Shown: positions 30,859 to 40,201 of the stretch, in pieces
Position numbering within the stretch: position 1 is the first letter of the stretch
Layout: each line of letters starts with the position of its first letter
From: Acidobacteriota bacterium
GTDB taxonomy: Bacteria > Acidobacteriota > Polarisedimenticolia > Polarisedimenticolales > JBBIHH01
Length of the DNA stretch: 64,000 nucleotides
Assembly: GCA_037447115.1 (NCBI GenBank)
Contig: JBBIHH010000002.1
Span: 35,817 to 99,816 of the forward strand
Direction: 5' to 3'
The notes under the pieces: generated by a model
Databases searched by the model: none
What the model was told of the DNA's origin: nothing
What the model saw: only the letters and a program-made list of their open reading frames with translations
Made by a program: the position numbers and the translations under genes

Positions 30859-31800
30859 GTGAGCGAACTGGGACTGCTCCTCGACGAGCGCTTCGAGCGC
30901 CACCTGACCGGGCCGGCGCACCCCGAGCGGCCGGAAAGGCTGCGCGCCATCCGCCGCGCCCTCCAGGCGCGGGGGCTCCTGGAGCGCTGCCGCCTCGTGG
31001 AGCCACAGGAGGCCCCGGACGCGTGGCTCGGCCTCGTGCACGATGCGGCCTACGTGCGCCACGTGGAGCAGGTGTGTGCCCGGGGGCCGGCCTACCTCGA
31101 TTCGATGGACACGGTGGTGGGGCGGGAAAGCGCGCGAGTGGCCCGCCTCGCGGCAGGCGGCGTGGTGCGCCTGGCACAGGCAGTTGTCGAGGGCTCCCTC
31201 CACCGGGCCGTGGCCCTGGTGCGCCCGCCGGGCCATCACGCGGAACGCGACCGGGCCATGGGTTTTTGCCTGTTCAACAACGTCGCCGTCGCCGCGGCCT
31301 GGTTGCGCGCCCACGGAGGGATCGGGCGCGTCCTGATCGTGGATTGGGACGTCCACCACGGCAACGGGACGCAGCACATCTTCGAGGAAGAACCGGAGGT
31401 CTTCTACTTTTCCGTGCACCAGTTTCCGCTCTACCCGGGAACGGGAACGGCCGAGGAGCGGGGACGGGGCCGCGGTCTCGGGGCGACCCGCAACTGCCCG
31501 CTGCCGCCCGGGGCCGGAGACGAGGCATACCTCGGCGCCCTCCGCGGGCCGCTCGGGGAAGAGGCCGAGCGCTTCCGTCCCGAGTTCGTGCTGGTCTCCG
31601 CGGGTTTCGACCCGCACCGCCTGGATCCGCTGGCGCAGCTCAAGGTCTCGACGGAAGCTTTCGGAGAAGCGACCCGCATCGTGCGCGAGATCGCCGAGAC
31701 CTACGCCGGGGGCCGACTGGTCTCGGTGCTCGAAGGCGGCTACCACCTGGAAGCCCTCTCCGAGTGCGTGGCCCTGCACGTGGAGACGTTGCTGGCCTGA
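30859..31800 (+). CDS. histone-deacetylase-family (class II/acetoin-utilisation-type) deacetylase
   Basis: Track ORF 30808..31800. The start is either the GTG at 30859 (VSELGLLLDERF..) or the GTG at 30808. Catalytic motifs are RPPGHHA, DWDVHHGNGTQ and EGGY. Confidence 0.85.
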   Translation: MSELGLLLDERFERHLTGPAHPERPERLRAIRRALQARGLLERCRLVEPQEAPDAWLGLVHDAAYVRHVEQVCARGPAYLDSMDTVVGRESARVARLAAGGVVRLAQAVVEGSLHRAVALVRPPGHHAERDRAMGFCLFNNVAVAAAWLRAHGGIGRVLIVDWDVHHGNGTQHIFEEEPEVFYFSVHQFPLYPGTGTAEERGRGRGLGATRNCPLPPGAGDEAYLGALRGPLGEEAERFRPEFVLVSAGFDPHRLDPLAQLKVSTEAFGEATRIVREIAETYAGGRLVSVLEGGYHLEALSECVALHVETLLA

Positions 31801-31985
31801 ACTTCCCTCCGTGCTGCGCCTGGGCCTGCGCATAGCGGCCGGGGCCGTACGGCGAGGGCGAAGGCACCGAAGGCGCCAGCGCGACCCCGCGGCCCCGGCG
31901 TTTCGCGATAGCTCCCGCGGCTGCGGCCATCGCGCCCGCGCGGGGCCCAGGGTCTCGCCGAACCGGAGCGGCGAGCGCGGGGAAG

Positions 31986-33071
31986 TCAGCTCCTGCGAGG
32001 CGGGCCTTCGAGGGGGAGCGGGCGCGGTTCGGTATGCAGCGCCGCGTCGGGGCTTCCGACGCCGAGGCGCTCGCCGGTCTCGAGTGTCTTGCGCTTCACG
32101 TAGCCCAGCGCGACCGGATGGGTACGTCCCGGGGCCACGATCGCGCTCGTGATCTCGCCCACCGCGTGCTCGCCGCGGTAGAGGGGCGTACCGGGCGCGG
32201 GGGCCGCCGCGCCTTGCGGAAACACAAAGCCTCGCAGCTCGCTCGCCACCTTGTCGTACGTCCTGAGCCGCGCCACGACTTCCTGGCCCACGTAGCAGCC
32301 CTTCGTGAACGAGACGCAATCCCACAGGCCGGCCTCGAGCGGGTTGTGCTCCTCCGTCAGCTCGTGGCCGTGTTCGGGAAGACCGCGAAGAATGCGCCAC
32401 GCCTCGAAGGCCTGGTCTCCGATGGCACGCCCCCCGCAAGCCTCCACGGCGCGGCGCAGTTCACGCCACACGCCGACTGCCGCTTGCGGATCGGGGCAAA
32501 CGATCGAGAAGCCTTCTTCCGTGGAAAGCCCCTCTTCGCCCAGCCCGTAGACCTGGCATCCGCCGAGGTTTCCGCGCCGCACGCCGCCCGGCCCGGGCCG
32601 GGGCAGCCCGAGCTCGTCCAGTACCGCTGCGCTCCGCGGCCCCACGAGGACCCACTGGATCCACTCGGCGCTCGCGTCCCTCAGCCCCGTCTGCTCGGCG
32701 AAGGTGAAACGCTGGAGATGCTCCCGCGTTCTGGCGGCACCGGCGGGCCCGGCGACGATCAGCACGCCCGCCTCCCCCAGGTGGTGCACGAAGATGCGCT
32801 GCACGATGCGACCCTTCGGTGTCAGCAACACCGCCGGGCGCCCTTCGCCCTCGCGCAGTCCCGCCAGGTCGGCGGTGCTCAGGCGATGCAGCAGATCCAG
32901 GATGTCGGGGCCCGTGGCGAGCAACCGCCCCAGGTGCGAGCGGTCCGCCACCGCCACAACGGTCAGTGCGGCGTCGAGCTCCGCCGCGGGGTCGCCGAAG
33001 TGCAGCGGGCGCCCCTCGGGGCTTCGTTGCGCCGCCTCGGAAGCTAGCGCGTCGGGCCACGGAACCGACAT
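31986..33071 (-). CDS. YgfZ/GcvT-like folate-binding protein
   Basis: Internal ATG at 33071 (GGAGG upstream) within track ORF 31986..33968. It has an aminomethyltransferase-like fold and the YgfZ signature KGCYVGQE. Confidence 0.8.
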   Translation of the reverse strand: MSVPWPDALASEAAQRSPEGRPLHFGDPAAELDAALTVVAVADRSHLGRLLATGPDILDLLHRLSTADLAGLREGEGRPAVLLTPKGRIVQRIFVHHLGEAGVLIVAGPAGAARTREHLQRFTFAEQTGLRDASAEWIQWVLVGPRSAAVLDELGLPRPGPGGVRRGNLGGCQVYGLGEEGLSTEEGFSIVCPDPQAAVGVWRELRRAVEACGGRAIGDQAFEAWRILRGLPEHGHELTEEHNPLEAGLWDCVSFTKGCYVGQEVVARLRTYDKVASELRGFVFPQGAAAPAPGTPLYRGEHAVGEITSAIVAPGRTHPVALGYVKRKTLETGERLGVGSPDAALHTEPRPLPLEGPPRRS

Positions 33072-33091
33072 CGTTCGGCCTCCGGCGCGCC

Positions 33092-33937
33092 TCAGCCGAT
33101 GAAATCCAGTCTCTCGACGGGGGGAACCACCCCTGCCGCCGCGCCCTCCGCGAGAAACCGGCGTACCGCCTCGCGCCCGCGCTCGCCGTAGTCGAGCGTC
33201 CACTCGTTGACGTACATGCGGACGAAGCGGTCGGTGCGCTCCCGATCCAGGCCGCGCCCGAACTGGAGCGCGTAGGCGAGGGCCTCCTCCCGGTGCTCCA
33301 GGCCGTACTCGATGCTGCGCCGCAGGATCCGCACGAGCGCGCGCATCGCTTCGTCTCCCAGGTCGCGGCGGACGGCGTTGCCGCCGAGCGGCAGGGGCAG
33401 GCCGCCCGTGCGCTCCCGCCACCAGTGGCCGAGATCGACCACGACCTGCAACCCGTCGTCGGCGTAGGTGAGCTGCCCTTCGTGGATCACGAGCCCCGCG
33501 TCCGCCTCGCCGCGCGCTACCGCCTCCAGGATCTTCTCGAAAGGAAACTCCTGCACCCGAGCCTCGCGGCCGAGAAAGAGCCGCAGGGCCAGCGCCGCCG
33601 AGGTCCGGCGTCCCGGGATGGCGATCCTGCACGCGCCGAGGTCCGAGGGCGTGAGGGCCTCGCGCGCCACGACGATGGGACCGTAACCGTCGCCCATGCT
33701 GGCCCCGCAGTTCATCAAAGCGTAGTCGCGTGCCAGGTAGGCGTAGGCGTGGATGCTCACCGCCGACACCTCGAGCTCGCCGCGCAGCGCGCGCCGGTTG
33801 AGCGACTCGATCCCCTCGAGGACTTGTTCGATCTCGAAGCCTTCGGTATCCACCGCACCGCAGACGATCCCGTAGAACATGAAGGCGTCGTCCGCGTCCG
33901 GGCTGTGGCCGATGCGGATCGCCCGCGGCTGCGTCAC
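33092..33937 (-). CDS. MqnA/MqnD-family (futalosine-pathway menaquinone biosynthesis, SBP-like fold) protein
   Basis: Track ORF 33092..34282 trimmed to the GTG at 33937 (GAGG upstream). The sequence reads IRIGHSPDADDAFMFYGI...IESLNRRALRGELEVSAVSIHAY...IHEGQL. Confidence 0.7.
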   Translation of the reverse strand: MTQPRAIRIGHSPDADDAFMFYGIVCGAVDTEGFEIEQVLEGIESLNRRALRGELEVSAVSIHAYAYLARDYALMNCGASMGDGYGPIVVAREALTPSDLGACRIAIPGRRTSAALALRLFLGREARVQEFPFEKILEAVARGEADAGLVIHEGQLTYADDGLQVVVDLGHWWRERTGGLPLPLGGNAVRRDLGDEAMRALVRILRRSIEYGLEHREEALAYALQFGRGLDRERTDRFVRMYVNEWTLDYGERGREAVRRFLAEGAAAGVVPPVERLDFIG

Positions 33938-34059
33938 GTGCACCTCGGGTGCGTGGGCTTGGGAGCATGGATCATATCTCGCGGCGGCCCGCGCCGCCAC
34001 GCGACGGCCTCGCCCGTTGGCGGGGTGGGCCGTTGTGTTTTCCCTGCGCTGCCGCCACA

Positions 34060-35307
34060 ATGCCGGCCATGCGGACGCCCCATCGACCCGCGGCCTCGGG
34101 GGTGCAGGCGCGGGAGCTCGCCCCGCAGCTCGTGGCCTGGCGCAGGACGCTCCACCGCCAACCCGAGCTGGCCTTCGAAGAGCACCGTACGTCGGATTTC
34201 GTGGCGCACGAGCTCGAGGCTCTGGGACTCGAGGTCCACCGGGGCATTGCCGGCACGGGCGTCGTAGGCATCCTCCGAGCATCCGGCCCGCAGGCGCCTC
34301 CCGTGCTCCTGCGGGCCGACATGGACGCGCTGCCGATCCAGGAAGTGCCGGGGCGCGACTACGGCTCCCAGGTCCCGGGCAGGATGCACGCCTGCGGCCA
34401 CGACGGCCACGTGGCGATGCTCCTCGGGGCGGCGGCGCTGCTCGGGGCGCGGCGCGAGCGGCTCGAGCGCGATGTGATCTTCTGCTTTCAGCCGGCGGAG
34501 GAGCAAGGGGGAGGGGCGCGGGTGATGATCGAGGAGGGCCTGCTGGAGCGGTTCCGCCCGAGCGAGGCCTACGCGCTGCACCTGTGGTCGCTGTTGCCGG
34601 TGGGGACGCTCCATGTGCGCCCGGGGCCGATGATGGCGGCCCAGGACGAGTTCACGGCACGGATCGTCGGCCGGGGCGGTCACGGAGCCGCGCCGCACGA
34701 AACCCGGGATCCGATCGTGGCGGCGGCGCAGGCGGTGGGGATGCTGCAGAGCGTCGTGGCGCGCAACGTGGACCCGCTGGAACCCGCGGTGGTCACCGTC
34801 GGCCGCTTCGAGGCCGGCCGGGCTCCCAACGTGATCCCGGAGGTCGCGCTTCTCGAAGGCACGCTGCGGTCGTTTTCCTGGGAAGTGCGGGAGCTTGTCC
34901 GCCGCCGCGTGCGCGAGGTGCTCGAGCACGCAGCCCGGGCCGCCGGGTGCCGGCTGGAGTTCGAGCTGCGGGAGGGGTATCCGGTCGTCGTCAACGATCC
35001 TGCTGCGGCGGCGAAGCTGCGGCAGGCGGCCTCGGACGTCGTGGGCGAGACGGCAGTGTTCGAGGCCAGGCCGTTGGCCGCGGCGGAGGACTTCGCCTAT
35101 TTCCTGGAGCGTCTGCCCGGGGCGTTCGCGCTGCTGGGCGCGGGAAACGAGGGCCGGGGCATCCAGGCGCCCCATCATTCGCCCGAGTTTGACATCGACG
35201 AAGCGGCGCTGCCGCTCGGTGCGGAGCTGCTGGCCAGGCTCGCACTGGCTCCGGCACTGCCGCCCGGTTCCACTGCCGGCGGCGCGCCTTCCCGCACCGC
35301 CACGTAG
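34060..35307 (+). CDS. M20D-family amidohydrolase (N-acyl-amino-acid/hippurate hydrolase-like)
   Basis: Internal ATG at 34060 within track ORF 33949..35307. The sequence reads LHRQPELAFEEHRTS, ADMDALP, HACGHDGH and HHSPEFDIDE. Confidence 0.85.
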   Translation: MPAMRTPHRPAASGVQARELAPQLVAWRRTLHRQPELAFEEHRTSDFVAHELEALGLEVHRGIAGTGVVGILRASGPQAPPVLLRADMDALPIQEVPGRDYGSQVPGRMHACGHDGHVAMLLGAAALLGARRERLERDVIFCFQPAEEQGGGARVMIEEGLLERFRPSEAYALHLWSLLPVGTLHVRPGPMMAAQDEFTARIVGRGGHGAAPHETRDPIVAAAQAVGMLQSVVARNVDPLEPAVVTVGRFEAGRAPNVIPEVALLEGTLRSFSWEVRELVRRRVREVLEHAARAAGCRLEFELREGYPVVVNDPAAAAKLRQAASDVVGETAVFEARPLAAAEDFAYFLERLPGAFALLGAGNEGRGIQAPHHSPEFDIDEAALPLGAELLARLALAPALPPGSTAGGAPSRTAT

Positions 35308-36188
35308 ACGCCCGCGAAGATCGACGCCGCGCCGACAGCGAGGGCGGGCGTGGGCCGCTCGCCGAAAAACGCCACCGAGAGCAGGGTCGCGAACAGCGGC
35401 TGCAGGTAGATGAAGAGGGCCACGAGGTAGGAGCCCTCGCGCGCCAGGGCCCAGTAGATCATCAGGTACGCCAGGGCCGTAGGAAACACGATGATGAATG
35501 CCGCCAAAAGCCACACCGACAGCGGCACGCCGGCAGGGTCGAGGCGGGCGAGTGCGGGAGCGCCGAGCGCGGCGATCCCCACGGTGCCGCACGCGAGCAG
35601 AACGGCCGTGGCCCCCAGGGCGTCGACGCGCTCCAGGATCCGCTTCGAGAGAACCAGGAAGAGCGAGTAGGACAGGGCGTTCGCCAGGGTGAGGATGTCG
35701 CCGAGGCCGGTGTTTCTCACCTGGATCGCGCGGCTGGCCCACAACCCCTGCGCCAGCTCCGCCTTGGAGAAGATCACCAGGAGCACCCCGGCGAAGGCCA
35801 GGGCGAGGGACAGGAGCTTGCGCGGCGAAAGCCTCTCGCGCCGCAGCAGCACACCGAAAAGCAGCGTACCCACCGGGATGCTCGTCATCAGAATGGAAGC
35901 GTGGGCCGGGCTGGTGCGGTGCAGACCCTCGACGAAGCAGACCTGGTTGATCACGACCCCGAACACGGACAGGCCTGCCAGCGGGGCAAGCTCGCGGGCG
36001 CGCCAGGGAAGGGGGCGGCCGAGCGAGCGCGCCAGGAGCAGGAGAAGCGTCGCGGCGCCGGCCGCTCGGATGACGGCCCAGGGGCGCGGCGGGATGAACT
36101 CCAGCAAGGCCTTGGCCGCGAAGTAGTGGGCGCCGAAAAAGAACTGCACGAGGCTCAAGACCAGGAAGGTCCACGCCCGCGGAGGCAT
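35175..36188 (-). CDS. EamA/DMT-superfamily permease
   Basis: Internal ATG at 36188 within track ORF 35175..37886. It has ten hydrophobic segments in two EamA-like halves. A Ser/Ala-rich tail runs antisense through the last 133 nt of the M20 gene. Confidence 0.8.
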   Translation of the reverse strand: MPPRAWTFLVLSLVQFFFGAHYFAAKALLEFIPPRPWAVIRAAGAATLLLLLARSLGRPLPWRARELAPLAGLSVFGVVINQVCFVEGLHRTSPAHASILMTSIPVGTLLFGVLLRRERLSPRKLLSLALAFAGVLLVIFSKAELAQGLWASRAIQVRNTGLGDILTLANALSYSLFLVLSKRILERVDALGATAVLLACGTVGIAALGAPALARLDPAGVPLSVWLLAAFIIVFPTALAYLMIYWALAREGSYLVALFIYLQPLFATLLSVAFFGERPTPALAVGAASIFAGVYVAVREGAPPAVEPGGSAGASASLASSSAPSGSAASSMSNSGE

Positions 36189-36443
36189 CGGAAACTCGCG
36201 TCGGCTCGGTCGGGGTCCGCTCAAGGCGTGGGATGGTACATTATCCGGCCCCACCGAGGCCGAGAATCGCCGTCTTGCGCTGGGCGCGGGAGAGCCGCGC
36301 CGAGGGCGGAAACCACCCGCAAGGCGCTCTCGCCTGGACTGCCATGTTGACGGTCGCGATAGGATTCCTCGTGTACTTCCGCAAGAAACGCGGGCTTGGA
36401 ACGGGCCGACCGTGGACGGCCCGCCGTCGCGGAGGGAGGAGCG

Positions 36444-37859
36444 ATGATGGATAAGCGGGTGAGTGGCGCGGGAGCGGCGCGTCTGCCGTTGGCGATGGCG
36501 GGCGCGGCTCTGGCGGGCGCGGCGGCTCGCGCTCAAGGGGCGGCGCAGGAGAGCGGCACTTCGGTGTCCGGGGGCGGGGCGGCGGCGGCGTGGCTGCCGG
36601 AGGCGTGGTTCTCCGTGCGCTGGTTGGAGTTGAGCCTCGGGCAGTGGATCGGGCTGCTCGTTGTGGTCTTCGTGGCCTATCTCGCGTCCTGGATCGCCAC
36701 CGCGGTCCTGCACCGCGTCGCGCGCGCGCTGGTCAAGCGCACGGAGAGCCCGATCGACGATCTGGCGCTCGAGATCTGCCTCAAGCCCACACGGCTGCTG
36801 CTGACGTTGGCGTTCTTCGCCGGGGGCGTGCTTCTGTTGCGTCTGCCCGCCGAAGCGTACGGTTACCTCGTGCCGCTCGAGCGCGCCCTGATCTTGCTCG
36901 CCGTGACGTGGCTGCTGTTTCGCATGGCGGACGGACTGCACTACCAGTTGCGCGAACAGCTGACCGCCCAAGGGCGCAACGGGGCGGCCGCCATGCTGCC
37001 GCTCGGCGTGCGGACGGTGAAAGTGGCGGTTATGGTGGTGGCCCTCCTCGGGCTGCTGCAGAATTTCGGTTTCAAGGTCGGCGCGGTGCTGGGAGCGCTC
37101 GGCGTCGGCGGCATCGCCGTGGCCCTCGCCGCTCAGAAGACGCTGGAACACGTGTTCGGCGGCGCCATGATCGTGGCGGACCAGCCCGTGCGCGTCGGCG
37201 ATTTGTGCCGCTTCGGCGACAAAATCGGTACCGTCGAGGATATCGGACTGCGCTCCACGAAGATTCGCACCCTCGACCGGACGGTGATCAGCGTGCCCAA
37301 CGCGGAGTTCGCGTCGATGCAGATCGAGAACTTCACGCGGCGGGACCGCATCCGGCTCCAGTGCGTACTCGGGCTGCGCTACGAAACCACACCCGATCAA
37401 ATGCGCTACGTCCTGGTCGGTCTGCGCCGGCTGCTTGTGGCCCATCCCAAGGTCGCTCCCGACCCGCTCCGCGCCCGCTTCGTCGGTTTCGGTGCCTACT
37501 CGCTCGACGTCGAGGTCTCCGCCTACGTGCTGACCACCGACTGGAACGAGTTTCTGGCCATCCGCGAGGACATCCTGCTGCGGATGATGGACGTGGTCGA
37601 GGAGGCGGGGACGGGCTTCGCCTTCCCCTCGCAGACGAATTACTTCGCACGCGACACCGGCTTCGATCCGGAGCGTGTGCGGGCCGCCGAGCAGCGCGTG
37701 GCCGAATGGCGCAGGGCGAACGAGCTGCCCTTCCCCGATTTCGCCCCGGAGACCTTGGCGGCCCTCGACGACACGCTGGACTATCCTCCCGCGGGCTCGG
37801 CCTGGCGTCCTGAGCGGGAGAGCGCCGCGAATGGCGACCGGCCGCAGCGACGGTCCTGA
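36444..37859 (+). CDS. mechanosensitive ion channel, MscS family
   Basis: Track ORF 36396..37859; the ATG at 36444 is preceded by GGAGGGAGGAG. It has TM helices followed by the MscS beta-domain (ADQPVRVGDLCRFGDKIGTVEDIGLRSTKIRTLDRTVISVPN). Confidence 0.85.
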   Translation: MMDKRVSGAGAARLPLAMAGAALAGAAARAQGAAQESGTSVSGGGAAAAWLPEAWFSVRWLELSLGQWIGLLVVVFVAYLASWIATAVLHRVARALVKRTESPIDDLALEICLKPTRLLLTLAFFAGGVLLLRLPAEAYGYLVPLERALILLAVTWLLFRMADGLHYQLREQLTAQGRNGAAAMLPLGVRTVKVAVMVVALLGLLQNFGFKVGAVLGALGVGGIAVALAAQKTLEHVFGGAMIVADQPVRVGDLCRFGDKIGTVEDIGLRSTKIRTLDRTVISVPNAEFASMQIENFTRRDRIRLQCVLGLRYETTPDQMRYVLVGLRRLLVAHPKVAPDPLRARFVGFGAYSLDVEVSAYVLTTDWNEFLAIREDILLRMMDVVEEAGTGFAFPSQTNYFARDTGFDPERVRAAEQRVAEWRRANELPFPDFAPETLAALDDTLDYPPAGSAWRPERESAANGDRPQRRS

Positions 37860-37884
37860 CGGCGATCGCCCAGGCGGACGCAGC

Positions 37885-37917
37885 AAAAAGCCCGGCCCGC
37901 CTTCGCGCGGGCCGGGC
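37885..37917 (-). terminator. rho-independent terminator after groEL
   Basis: The minus strand reads GCCCGGCCCGC-gcgaag-GCGGGCCGGGC followed by TTTTT. This is an 11-bp GC stem ~27 nt downstream of the groEL stop. Confidence 0.65.
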
Positions 37918-37943
37918 TGTACTCTGGCAGGCTCCGGCGGCCC

Positions 37944-39614
<1,671 letters not shown>

Positions 39615-39902
39615 TTACTCGATGATGCCGAGGATCTCGTCCTCGCGCAGGATCACGTGCTCCTCGTCGTCGATCTTGATCTCGGTGCCGGAGTACTTGC
39701 CGAAGATGATGCGGTCGCCAACCTTGACCTCGAGGGGCACCCGCTTGCCGTCCTTGTCCACCTTGCCGGCACCCACGGCGATCACCTTGCCCTCCATGGG
39801 CTTTTCGCGCGCCGTGTCGGGGATGATGATGTTGCCCTTCTTCTGTTCTTTTTCCTCGATACGCTTGACCAGGACCCGGTCGTAGAGCGGCCTTACCTTC
39901 AT
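39615..39902 (-). CDS. groES: co-chaperonin GroES
   Basis: 95-aa track ORF: [44 protein letters not shown].... GGAGGG lies upstream. Confidence 0.97.
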   Translation of the reverse strand: MKVRPLYDRVLVKRIEEKEQKKGNIIIPDTAREKPMEGKVIAVGAGKVDKDGKRVPLEVKVGDRIIFGKYSGTEIKIDDEEHVILREDEILGIIE

Positions 39903-39920
39903 CGTCCACCCTCCATGCTG

Positions 39921-39941
39921 TTCTAGGAAAAGTTCCTAGAA
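39921..39941. repeat. perfect 9-3-9 palindrome in the groES leader
   Basis: The sequence TTCTAGGAA-aag-TTCCTAGAA lies between CIRCE and the groES SD sequence. It is strikingly A/T-rich for this genome. Confidence 0.6.
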
Positions 39942-39963
39942 ATCAGACACTTACATCGTTTTT

Positions 39964-39990
39964 GTAGCACTCGCGTCCCGCGAGTGCCGG
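39964..39990. promoter_or_regulatory. CIRCE operator (HrcA binding site)
   Basis: The sequence GTAGCACTC-N9-GAGTGCCGG compares with the consensus TTAGCACTC-N9-GAGTGCTAA (8/9 and 6/9 matches). It lies directly downstream of the groES -10 box. Confidence 0.8.
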
Positions 39991-39991
39991 T

Positions 39992-40020
39992 ACTATAGGA
40001 TCGCTCCCGAAGCCTGTCAA
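39992..40020 (-). promoter_or_regulatory. sigma-70-type promoter of groES-groEL
   Basis: The minus strand reads TTGACA (complement of 40015-40020), a 17-nt spacer, then TATAGT (complement of 39992-39997). This is near consensus. Confidence 0.6.
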
Positions 40021-40107
40021 GGATCGGGCAGCCCTCGGGCGCAGCTTGTCCCGCGCGGACTTCCCGGGTACAAGAAACGCATGCAACACGGCTGGAGCGC
40101 CTAGATC

Positions 40108-40135
40108 TTGACGAAGCGGAATAGTTATCTAAACT
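40108..40135 (+). promoter_or_regulatory. candidate sigma-70-type promoter of the AAA+ two-gene operon
   Basis: TTGACG (40108-40113), a 16-nt spacer, then TAAACT (40130-40135). It sits in an A/T-rich patch ~65 nt upstream of the ATG at 40202. Confidence 0.45.
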
Positions 40136-40201
40136 CCATGCTGCTTGCGCCGAGGGTTGTGCGACCCGATCTTTCGTCGCAGAGACCCGGCCGGAGCGGC
40201 G

